In this document: positions 39,418-47,197 of the stretch, piece after piece
How positions within the stretch are numbered: the first letter of the stretch is position 1
Layout of the letters: every line of letters starts with the position of its first letter
Assembly: GCA_964569045.1 (NCBI GenBank)
Contig: CAZMSR010000006.1
Span: 1 to 63,123, forward strand
Length of the DNA: 63,123 nucleotides
Source of the DNA: an uncultured Gammaproteobacteria bacterium
Lineage (GTDB): Bacteria > Patescibacteriota > Patescibacteriia > Patescibacteriales > BS150m-G62
Reading direction: 5' to 3'
The notes under the pieces: model-generated
Seen by the model: only the letters and a program-made list of their open reading frames with translations
What the model was told of the DNA's origin: nothing
The model's database searches: none
Program-made: the position numbers and the translations under genes

Positions 39418-41280
39418 ATGCCCAAAAGGAGGGATGAAAAAATTGATATAAGTAAAGCGCGCGCTAAAATGCTAAGTGATATTCATGGTAGCAAAAAGCG
39501 TGAGTCTTTGTTTGGGAATTATTTAAAAAAATATAAAAAAAAGCAAGAAGAAAAAGAAAAAATTCGTAAAGAAAAGCTAAAGACTAAAGAGCTTGAGGGT
39601 CGTAAAAAATTACGTGCTGATTTATTGCGTGCAAGAGCCGAGCAAAAATTATTAGCTATTGAGAAGCGTAAAAAAAATGAACAGGCAAGAATAAAGCAAG
39701 CTACGGCTTTAAAGGAACAAAAAGAAAGGAAGAAATTAGAATTAGCTCAAGATAAATTAGCGCAAGAAAAAAAGGAGCGTGATAAATTGAAATTGTTTAA
39801 AAAAAGAGAGCTTGAAAAAGAGAATATAAAAAAAGAAAAGAAGTTATTGCGAGAAAAAAAATTAGCAAAAATTAAAGAAGAAAAGCAGACTTTAATGAAA
39901 GCTAGAAAAGGAGCACAAGCATTAGCTAAAAAAAGAAAAGAAGAAGTAGCTTTAAAAAAAGCTGAACAGATTAGAAAGTTAAGGATAATAAAAGCAAGAA
40001 GACGCAAAGAGAAGCGAAAGGAGTTGTTAAAAAATTGGTCAGGTTTTTTAGAAAGAAGAAAAAGTGTAAGGTTAGCTAAAAAAATTGAGAAAGAAAAGCT
40101 ACATAGCGAAAGAAATAAGTATTTTAAGTCAGCTACAGATTACAAAAAAAAGCTTAATGCGAATAGTGTACAAAAAGATGCACGTCTTAAAGCTAAAAAT
40201 AAAAGCAAGGCAGAGAAAAAAGTAAAACTTAAAAAAGAAAAAAAGATTAGGTTGCGTGCTTCTTGGATAAATTTTATCGGTGCTTTTAATACGATTTTTA
40301 AAAAAAGAAAAGTTTTAAAAAAAGAACAAAAAAAAGATCAAATTACAAAGCAAAAGTTATTTTATTTAAAACGAGAAAAGGAGGTAAGAGTAGCAAAGAA
40401 AGAAAAGCAAATTCAATTTACTAGAGGACTCTTGGGAATAAAGGCTGCAAAAAAGCAAATTCAACCAAAAAAAGAAGATCAGCCTAAAAAGTTAATAAAA
40501 ATAAGCGAAAAAGAGTTGCAAAAGAAAAAGTTGATAAAAAAAGAGCTTGGCTTTTTTAAGAAATTAGTTAAAAAGAATGTTGTTTTGGATAAAGAGCATA
40601 AAAAGCAAGAGGCTAAGAAAGAGCTTGAAAAAAAAGCTAAATTAAAAGAGAAAGAAGAAGAAAAAGCTCGCAGGATTCGTGAAAAAGAGTTAAGGAAGAT
40701 TAGATGGTCATCACCGGAAATTTTAAAAGCAAATCTTATAAGAGATGAAGTGGTTAGTTATATTGATTGGAAAAAGAATTTAATAATGTTGTTTGTTGGG
40801 ATATTTGTGTCAATTATGATTATTGGAGTGTCTTATCAGTATTTAAATATTGAAGAAAAGAAAAAACAAATAGTTAATGAAGCTTTGCTTGAAAAAATAG
40901 ACCAAACTACAAAAAAAATTGAATTAGCAAAAAGAAATGTGAAGTTAATAGTTGTTTTTCAAGAAAAGATGGAGTTAGTGAGCGAGATAATGGATGATCA
41001 TATTTATTGGAATAATTTTTTTAGATTTTTTGAAGATAATATTTCTAATGATGTTTATTTTTTTGGTTTTTCCGGTGATGTTAGCGGGGTATATAGTTTG
41101 GCTGCTAGTGCAAAAAACTTTAATACAATAGCAGAACAGATTAAGTCATTAAGAAGAAATGAAAGTGTTTTAGTTGCATCTACACAGGGAGGAAGTGTGG
41201 CTGCGTCAGAAATCGGTGAAGCTCAATTTGTTAATTTTAATCTTAATTTAGAGCTTGATACGAATATATTTTTAAAATAA
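39418..41280 (+). CDS. PilN-position protein with ~430-aa K/E-rich cytoplasmic extension
   Basis: 620 aa. Residues ~1-430 are almost only K/E/R/L/A, followed by one TM helix (LIMLFVGIFVSIMIIGVSY) and a ~150-aa C-terminal domain. Sits between pilM and the PilO-like gene. Confidence 0.5.
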   Translation: MPKRRDEKIDISKARAKMLSDIHGSKKRESLFGNYLKKYKKKQEEKEKIRKEKLKTKELEGRKKLRADLLRARAEQKLLAIEKRKKNEQARIKQATALKEQKERKKLELAQDKLAQEKKERDKLKLFKKRELEKENIKKEKKLLREKKLAKIKEEKQTLMKARKGAQALAKKRKEEVALKKAEQIRKLRIIKARRRKEKRKELLKNWSGFLERRKSVRLAKKIEKEKLHSERNKYFKSATDYKKKLNANSVQKDARLKAKNKSKAEKKVKLKKEKKIRLRASWINFIGAFNTIFKKRKVLKKEQKKDQITKQKLFYLKREKEVRVAKKEKQIQFTRGLLGIKAAKKQIQPKKEDQPKKLIKISEKELQKKKLIKKELGFFKKLVKKNVVLDKEHKKQEAKKELEKKAKLKEKEEEKARRIREKELRKIRWSSPEILKANLIRDEVVSYIDWKKNLIMLFVGIFVSIMIIGVSYQYLNIEEKKKQIVNEALLEKIDQTTKKIELAKRNVKLIVVFQEKMELVSEIMDDHIYWNNFFRFFEDNISNDVYFFGFSGDVSGVYSLAASAKNFNTIAEQIKSLRRNESVLVASTQGGSVAASEIGEAQFVNFNLNLELDTNIFLK

Positions 41281-41837
41281 TGAATATTAATATTCAAAGG
41301 CAAATAAATATTTTTTTGGCAAACTATTTTACTTACTTGGTATTTATTTTAGTGATTGTGATTTTAAGTATTGGATATTTATTTGTACTAAAGCCTAAAA
41401 AAGAAGCATTTGAAGAAAATATTGGAAGAGAAGCAGTAGCACGAGAGCAACAATACCTAGCTCTTAAAAAGGATTTAGCCGGGTTAGAGGAATTAAGTTT
41501 AGCGTATAAAGGTATAGATTCGAAAAATATTGCAAAATTAGATAAAATTTTGCCATTAAAGCCGGATTTAGAAGAGTTAATGAAGCAGATTGAAGTAATT
41601 GTGTTCCAGAATGGATTACTTATGACAAGTATGGCTATTCGTGAGGAATTGTCAAAAACTCAAAAAATTGGAGTTGCTAGAATTACATTGTCGGTTGTAG
41701 GGACAGATTATATGGGTTTAAAAACTCTTTTAAGAAGTTTTGAGAATAATTTAAGATTACTTGATGTGCAAACAGTGAATTTTACTCCGGACGGAAGGAG
41801 TGCAAATTTAGAAATTAATGCTTATTATCAATTGTGA
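41280..41837 (+). CDS. PilO-like pilus assembly protein
   Basis: 185 aa with an N-terminal TM helix, a coiled segment and a C-terminal alpha/beta region. TAATG overlap with the upstream gene. Called by position and topology. Confidence 0.5.
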   Translation: MNINIQRQINIFLANYFTYLVFILVIVILSIGYLFVLKPKKEAFEENIGREAVAREQQYLALKKDLAGLEELSLAYKGIDSKNIAKLDKILPLKPDLEELMKQIEVIVFQNGLLMTSMAIREELSKTQKIGVARITLSVVGTDYMGLKTLLRSFENNLRLLDVQTVNFTPDGRSANLEINAYYQL

Positions 41838-41861
41838 AATTAGTAAATTTAATAATAATTT

Positions 41862-42218
41862 ATGTTAGTTGCCACTAAAATAACACAAAAAAGAAAAATA
41901 GTTGCTTATGGGTTAATTATGTTTATAATGGTTTCTTTTAGTATTTACTTAGCTTATGATTATTATGTAGAATCACTTGAGCTTTCAGGGGCTGATAGTG
42001 GGTTACCGGCGTATATTTCTAGGCTGGGAAGCGGAGCTGGATTAAAGGTTGTAGATGATGAAGAGGTGAAAGACTCTGAATCCAGAATAAGAGAATATTT
42101 TGACATTGATTTATTTTATGATCCAAAGTTTAGAGCTTTAAAGGAAAATGTGGCTGAAGATATTGATCTTGATTTGGGCAAAAGAGACCCATTTAAGAGT
42201 TTTGTTGAAGCAGAATAG
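41862..42218 (+). CDS. small membrane-anchored hypothetical protein in pilus operon
   Basis: 118 aa with one TM helix (VAYGLIMFIMVSFSIYLAY) and an acidic C-terminal part. No recognisable family. Confidence 0.4.
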   Translation: MLVATKITQKRKIVAYGLIMFIMVSFSIYLAYDYYVESLELSGADSGLPAYISRLGSGAGLKVVDDEEVKDSESRIREYFDIDLFYDPKFRALKENVAEDIDLDLGKRDPFKSFVEAE

Positions 42219-42256
42219 GGTTTAAAATTTTTATTATATTTTAGCGGCATTAAATT

Positions 42257-44005
42257 ATGACAAAACAAGAGGAGCTTATAAAAGCATTGCTTAAGAATAA
42301 CCTTATTAGTCAAAAAAAAGTAGATAGTGCTTTAGAAGAAGCAAAAAAAGCAAAAAAAACTTTTGAAAGCGTTATTTTATCTAGGCAATATATTGATTCT
42401 GAAGTTCTTGTAAAGACAAAGTCAAACTTGTATGGTCTTGATTATGTAAATTTGTTTGATATTAAAATAAATGATTCTGCTCTTAATACGATTCCTCTTG
42501 AAGTAGCTGAAAATTATAATGTTGTATGTTTTGAAGTTACAGATAAATTGATAAAGGTTGGCTTGGCTAGACCTGATGATTTTAAAGCAATTGGTGCAAT
42601 TGATTTTTTGGCAAAAAAGAAAGGCTTAAAAGTAGAATATTACTTGATTTCTCCAGGTAGCTTTAAGCATGCATCAAAGCAGTATCAGTCAATGAGTAGA
42701 GAGGTTGTATCTGCTTTGCAAGCTAAAGAAGAAGAAGAAAAAGAACTTATAGAAATAAAAGAAAAAGAAGTTGAGAGTGTTGAACTTGAGGAGGTTGTTA
42801 AAAGTGCCCCGGTAACAAAAATAGTATCTGTAATAATAAGGCATGCTGTTGATGGTAAGGCTAGTGATATTCATGTTGAGCCTTTGCTTAGAGAGACAAG
42901 AGTAAGATATCGTATTGATGGTATTTTGCATACTTCCTTGGTTTTACCAAAAAATATTCATTATGCTGTTGTTGCTAGGATTAAAGTGTTAGCAGGACTT
43001 AAATTAGATGAAACAAGAATACCTCAAGAGGGGCGTATAAGATTACTTATTAATGATAAGGAAATTGATTTTCGTATTTCAATAATTCCATTAGTTGACA
43101 CTGAAAAGGTTGTGATGAGAATTTTAGATGTTACAAAAGGAGCTCCTACTCTTGAGGAGTTAGGTTTTGAAGGACGCGAAGCAAAAGTGATTAAAGAACA
43201 TATTAAAAGAACATATGGTATATTTTTAATAACAGGACCAACTGGATCAGGAAAGTCAACTACTTTGTTTTCTATTTTAAATATGATAAACAAGGAGGGT
43301 GTTAATATTTCTACTTTGGAGGATCCTGTTGAATATTACGTGCCTGGTGTGAATCAATCTCAGATTAGACCTCGTTTGGGATATACGTTTGCCTCTGGAT
43401 TAAGAACATTGTTACGTCAAGATCCTGATGTTATGATGGTAGGTGAAATTCGTGATAATGAAACCGCTGAATTGGGAATACATGCGGCACTAACCGGACA
43501 TTTAGTTTTGTCTACTTTGCATACAAACAATGCAATAGGTGCTTTGCCGCGTTTAGTGGACATGGAAGCTGAGAAATTTTTATTAGCCTCTACTATTAAT
43601 GTTATTTTGGCTCAACGTTTAGTGCGTAAGATATGTAATAGTTGTCGTGTTAAAGCTGAGATTCCTAAGAATATGAAAGAAGATGTACAAGAAAATATTA
43701 AAAAAATACCATTAGACGTTTTAAAGAAAAGAATAAAAGGTTATAACGCAGATAAAATGACATTTTTTAAAGGTAATGGCTGCACTCGATGTGGTAATAC
43801 CGGTTATTCCGGTCGAATGGCTATTACAGAGATTGTTGATATAAATGATAAATTAAGAAAAATTATTTATGATCCAAGGGCTGTACTCACAATTGAAGAT
43901 GTAAAAGAGACTCAAAAGTTTGTAAGTTTAAATCAAGATGGCTTAATAAAAGCAATGCAAGGTAAAACTACATTAGAGGAAATATTAAGAGTTATTTCAG
44001 AGTAG
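42257..44005 (+). CDS. pilB: type IV pilus assembly ATPase PilB (GspE family)
   Basis: N-terminal T2SSE_N-like domain, Walker A GPTGSGKSTT, Asp box, Walker B DPDVMMVGEIRD, His box, tetracysteine CNSC...CTRC. Confidence 0.92.
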   Translation: MTKQEELIKALLKNNLISQKKVDSALEEAKKAKKTFESVILSRQYIDSEVLVKTKSNLYGLDYVNLFDIKINDSALNTIPLEVAENYNVVCFEVTDKLIKVGLARPDDFKAIGAIDFLAKKKGLKVEYYLISPGSFKHASKQYQSMSREVVSALQAKEEEEKELIEIKEKEVESVELEEVVKSAPVTKIVSVIIRHAVDGKASDIHVEPLLRETRVRYRIDGILHTSLVLPKNIHYAVVARIKVLAGLKLDETRIPQEGRIRLLINDKEIDFRISIIPLVDTEKVVMRILDVTKGAPTLEELGFEGREAKVIKEHIKRTYGIFLITGPTGSGKSTTLFSILNMINKEGVNISTLEDPVEYYVPGVNQSQIRPRLGYTFASGLRTLLRQDPDVMMVGEIRDNETAELGIHAALTGHLVLSTLHTNNAIGALPRLVDMEAEKFLLASTINVILAQRLVRKICNSCRVKAEIPKNMKEDVQENIKKIPLDVLKKRIKGYNADKMTFFKGNGCTRCGNTGYSGRMAITEIVDINDKLRKIIYDPRAVLTIEDVKETQKFVSLNQDGLIKAMQGKTTLEEILRVISE

Positions 44006-44070
44006 TTAATTAAATGTAATTATTAGTTATTTAATAAAATGGTTGTTTTTAAAAAAATAATAATCAAAAT

Positions 44071-44496
44071 ATGCCAAAATCAAAAGGTTCAATTTTAATA
44101 GTAGAAGATGATTTTTTTCTATTAAATATTTATTCAACAAAGTTTGAGGGAGAAGGGTATGAAGTATTTGTAGCGCCTGATGGAGCAAAAGGAATTGAGC
44201 TTGTTGCACAAAGAAAACCAGATATAATTTTGCTTGATGTTTTAATGCCTAAATTAGATGGATTTGGTTTTTTAAAAGAAATTAAAAAAGACAAGAAATT
44301 GAGCGAAATTCCAATTATTTTATTAACAAACTTAAGTCAAAAAAAGGATATTGATAGAGGATTAGCAATGGGTGCTAATGATTATTTAGTTAAGGCTCAT
44401 TTTATGCCATCTGAAGTTGTAGAAAAAGTAGAGACTTTGATAAATAAGTTTGTTAAAAAAACCGGAAAAAAGAAAATTAAAAAAAAGAAAGTTTAA
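44071..44496 (+). CDS. receiver-only response regulator (CheY-like) with Lys-rich tail
   Basis: ILIVEDD, phospho-acceptor region PDIILLDVLMPKLDG, LLTNL, DYLVKA. The C-terminus is KKTGKKKIKKKKV and there is no output domain. Confidence 0.85.
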   Translation: MPKSKGSILIVEDDFFLLNIYSTKFEGEGYEVFVAPDGAKGIELVAQRKPDIILLDVLMPKLDGFGFLKEIKKDKKLSEIPIILLTNLSQKKDIDRGLAMGANDYLVKAHFMPSEVVEKVETLINKFVKKTGKKKIKKKKV

Positions 44497-44501
44497 TTAA
44501 T

Positions 44502-44576
44502 AGCGAGTGCTTGAAATTAGCATCCGCTCACCACTCTGCACAATTGCACGTAGTGATGAGTTATTGTAATTAACAA
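44502..44576 (+). other. GC-enriched structured intergenic element between regulator and pilC
   Basis: Imperfect hairpins agcgagtgc/gcatccgct (44502-44528), ctcaccact..agtgatgag (44527-44560, 8 of 9 pairs, inner tgca/tgca) and attgt/acaat (44562-44576). No U tract follows. Confidence 0.35.
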
Positions 44577-44594
44577 TGATTAAAAAGTAATTAT

Positions 44595-45806
44595 ATGGCT
44601 GTCTATAAGTACAAGGCAATAAATACTTCTGGTGAGGAAGTTGAAGGATTGGTGGATGCAGTTAGTGATCAAGAAGCTTCACAGCTTGTTGCTGCTAAGG
44701 GGTTTAAAGTTGTTTTTGTTAAGGCAGAAAAGACAAAAGGAAAGTCAAAAAATATAGTTATTACTTTTGGTGCTAAAGTTAAAACAAAGGATCTTGTAAT
44801 TTTCTTTCGTCAATTTGCTGTAATGATTTCTGCTAATGTTGCTATGGTGCAAGCATTAAAAATTATAGTTGAGCAAACTACAAATATTAAACTTAAGATG
44901 TTAATTTCTGAAATAGCTGATGAAGTTGACTCTGGTTCAAGGTTGTCAGATGCTATGATAAGGCATTCAAAAGTATTTAGTAGTTTTCATACTAGTGTTA
45001 TAAGAGGAGGAGAAACTTCTGGTAAGCTAGCTGAATCATTAACTTATTTAGCTGATGAAGTTGAAAAGGATTATGATATGATTTCTAAAATTAAAGGGGC
45101 TATGACTTATCCTGCTTTTGTTTTAATTGGTTTATTAATAGTAGGGTTTGTTATGATGATATTTGTTGTTCCAAAATTAACCGGTGTTTTAACTGAGTCT
45201 GGTGTTGCGCTTCCAATAGCAACTAAAATACTTATTGCCACTTCTAATTTTATGCAAAATTATTGGTTTTTAATAATTATTGGTTTGATTGGGCTGGGAA
45301 TATTTTTAAAAATATATATGTCTACTCCACGAGGTAGATATGTAGCTGATTTTATTTTACTTAAACTCCCGATTTTTGGACAATTATTTCAAAAAATTTA
45401 TATTGTTAGGTTTTCACGTTCAATGGAAACTTTGATTTCCGGTGGAATTACTGTTAATGAGAGTTTAAAAGTGTCAGGAGATGTTGTTAATAATAGAGTG
45501 TTTGCAAAATTAATTAAAAAAACTACTCAAGATGTTGAAGATGGTTCACCAATGTCAGCTACACTGTCTACTTCCAAAATGATACCACAGATGGTGGCGC
45601 AAATGGCTAGTATTGGAGAAAAAACTGGTAAACTTGATATGATTTTAGGAAAGGTGGCTAAATTTTATCAAAGAGAAGTTAATAATACTATTGATAATTT
45701 AATGACATTAATGGAGCCAATTATTATGGTGATAATGGGTGTTGCTGTGGGCACAATGGTGGCAGCAGTTATTTTGCCTATGTATAATATGGCAACTGCA
45801 TCTTAG
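44595..45806 (+). CDS. pilC: type IV pilus platform protein PilC (GspF family)
   Basis: 403 aa with two T2SSF repeats (FFRQFAVMISANV; FSRSMETLISGGI) and three TM segments. Confidence 0.9.
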   Translation: MAVYKYKAINTSGEEVEGLVDAVSDQEASQLVAAKGFKVVFVKAEKTKGKSKNIVITFGAKVKTKDLVIFFRQFAVMISANVAMVQALKIIVEQTTNIKLKMLISEIADEVDSGSRLSDAMIRHSKVFSSFHTSVIRGGETSGKLAESLTYLADEVEKDYDMISKIKGAMTYPAFVLIGLLIVGFVMMIFVVPKLTGVLTESGVALPIATKILIATSNFMQNYWFLIIIGLIGLGIFLKIYMSTPRGRYVADFILLKLPIFGQLFQKIYIVRFSRSMETLISGGITVNESLKVSGDVVNNRVFAKLIKKTTQDVEDGSPMSATLSTSKMIPQMVAQMASIGEKTGKLDMILGKVAKFYQREVNNTIDNLMTLMEPIIMVIMGVAVGTMVAAVILPMYNMATAS

Positions 45807-45835
45807 TTATTGATTATTATCAAGAATCACTACAT

Positions 45836-45881
45836 TATAACTAGATAATTAGTGAAGAGATGCATTATGTTATGTGAGTAG
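45836..45881 (+). repeat. intergenic repeat family, copy B
   Basis: tataactagataattagtgaagagatgcattatgttatgtgagtag. The 5' part matches copy C (58694-58716) and the 3' part matches copy A (5711-5742). Confidence 0.6.
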
Positions 45882-45895
45882 TTGTGTTATTAGTA

Positions 45896-45925
45896 TTAGA
45901 AAATGTTAAATTTTTATGCTATAAT
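45896..45925 (+). promoter_or_regulatory. putative promoter of pilin 1
   Basis: TTAGAA (45896-45901), 18-nt spacer, extended -10 TGcTATAAT (45917-45925). A strong RBS aaagggggtg precedes ATG 45989. Confidence 0.4.
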
Positions 45926-45988
45926 GTGGATAAATACTTAAGATAATTGATATAATTTTTAATTTCTTTCTAGAAAGGGGGTGAAATA

Positions 45989-46459
45989 ATGAGACGACAA
46001 AAAGGTTTTACATTAATTGAGTTATTAGTTGTTATTGCTATTATTGGTTTACTATCAACTTTAGCAGTAATCGCCCTTAATAACGCAAGAGCAAAATCTA
46101 GAGATGCTCGACGTGTTTCTGATATTAAGCAAATTCAATCTGCTTTAGAGTTGTATTATAATGATATGAATGGTTATCCGTATGCAGCATCTTATGCTAG
46201 TATTGAAGATAATTGTCTTCAAGCCAATGAAGGTGGATTTGTTGGTTCAACATGTACTGCAACAGGTACTGTTTACATGACAAGAGTCCCAGGCAATCCG
46301 GAGCCAGGAGGTACTACATATCAATACATAAATACTGACAGTACTGCTAACAGAACATATGCTATTGAATATGAATTAGAAAATGGTGCAGGTGGAGTTC
46401 CAAGCGGTATTCAGACTGCTTCACAAGCAGGCACCTATGGTGGCGACTATACTCGTTAA
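45989..46459 (+). CDS. type IV pilin (prepilin with N-terminal methylation motif)
   Basis: Leader MRRQKG then FTLIELLVVIAIIGLL (class III signal, Glu at +5). Two Cys in the mature part. Confidence 0.9.
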   Translation: MRRQKGFTLIELLVVIAIIGLLSTLAVIALNNARAKSRDARRVSDIKQIQSALELYYNDMNGYPYAASYASIEDNCLQANEGGFVGSTCTATGTVYMTRVPGNPEPGGTTYQYINTDSTANRTYAIEYELENGAGGVPSGIQTASQAGTYGGDYTR

Positions 46460-46502
46460 GTTGAGTCTTTAAAGGGATCCTACTTGAAGATTCAAATAAA
46501 TT

Positions 46503-46567
46503 CCCCGCTTTATTTTTTGTAAATAAGTAAACTTGTTTACAGAAAATAGAGCGGGGTTTTTCTTTTT
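46503..46567 (+). terminator. rho-independent terminator after pilin 1
   Basis: 14-bp stem ccccgctttatttt / aaaatagagcgggg (one G-U pair) with inner tgtaaa/tttaca pairing, followed by tttttcttttt. Confidence 0.7.
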
Positions 46568-46568
46568 G

Positions 46569-46577
46569 TGTTATAAT
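46569..46577 (+). promoter_or_regulatory. putative extended -10 promoter element of pilin 2
   Basis: TGtTATAAT followed by GTG, the same TGnTATAATGTG context as upstream of pilin 1. It lies ~30 nt before ATG 46608. Confidence 0.35.
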
Positions 46578-46607
46578 GTGTATAAATATAGATATGAATT
46601 TTAATTT

Positions 46608-47069
46608 ATGTGTTATAAAAATAAACAGGGTTTTACATTAATAGAATTACTGGTAGTTATTGCTATTATTGGTTTAATTTCGACTTTATCAATTATTGCT
46701 TTGAATGGTGCTAGGTCAAAATCTAGAGATTCACGAAGAGTGTCGGATATTAAGCAAATGCAAGCTGCGCTCGAGCTTTATTATAATGATCGGTATTCAT
46801 ATCCTCCCGGAGAGAACGTGGATATTGCAAATAAGTGTTTAGATTCAAATGAGCTTGGTTTTAATACTTCTTGTACGGCTGGTGCCCTTCTGTACATAAC
46901 TACTATACCAAGTACGCCTCAACCAAATGGAGATAAAGAATATACTTATTCAAATACTGATGACAATAAAGCAAGAACTTATAAGTTAGAATATTCATTA
47001 GAAAATTCTACCGGAGGTATTCCAGCCGGCCTTCAAACAGCATCGCAAGCCGGAATTTACGGTGGTTAA
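46608..47069 (+). CDS. type IV pilin paralog
   Basis: Leader MCYKNKQG then FTLIELLVVIAIIGLI. Collinear with pilin 1 and matching at roughly 60 percent of positions by eye, with two Cys in the mature part. Confidence 0.88.
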   Translation: MCYKNKQGFTLIELLVVIAIIGLISTLSIIALNGARSKSRDSRRVSDIKQMQAALELYYNDRYSYPPGENVDIANKCLDSNELGFNTSCTAGALLYITTIPSTPQPNGDKEYTYSNTDDNKARTYKLEYSLENSTGGIPAGLQTASQAGIYGG

Positions 47070-47105
47070 TTGGTTTTAGTGTGTTATTAGAGTAAGGTAT
47101 TTATT

Positions 47106-47127
47106 AAGGCTTGATGCTTAAAGCCTT
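47106..47127 (+). terminator. hairpin after pilin 2 (first of two)
   Basis: aaggctt gatgctta aagcctt. Confidence 0.35.
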
Positions 47128-47151
47128 TTAAAAATTTGTTAATTTTGGTTT

Positions 47152-47175
47152 AATCCCTTTAAAGGGATTTTTTTT
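47152..47175 (+). terminator. rho-independent terminator after pilin 2
   Basis: aatccctttaaagggatt palindrome followed by a run of eight T. Confidence 0.6.
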
Positions 47176-47197
47176 ATGTAAAATATCGTTACTTAAT

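Noticed and set aside
39500-40700. Possible DNA tandem repeat or minisatellite in the PilN-like gene.
   Set aside because: The region is AAA/GAA/AAG codon-rich low complexity without a consistent repeat unit or period. The repetition is compositional.
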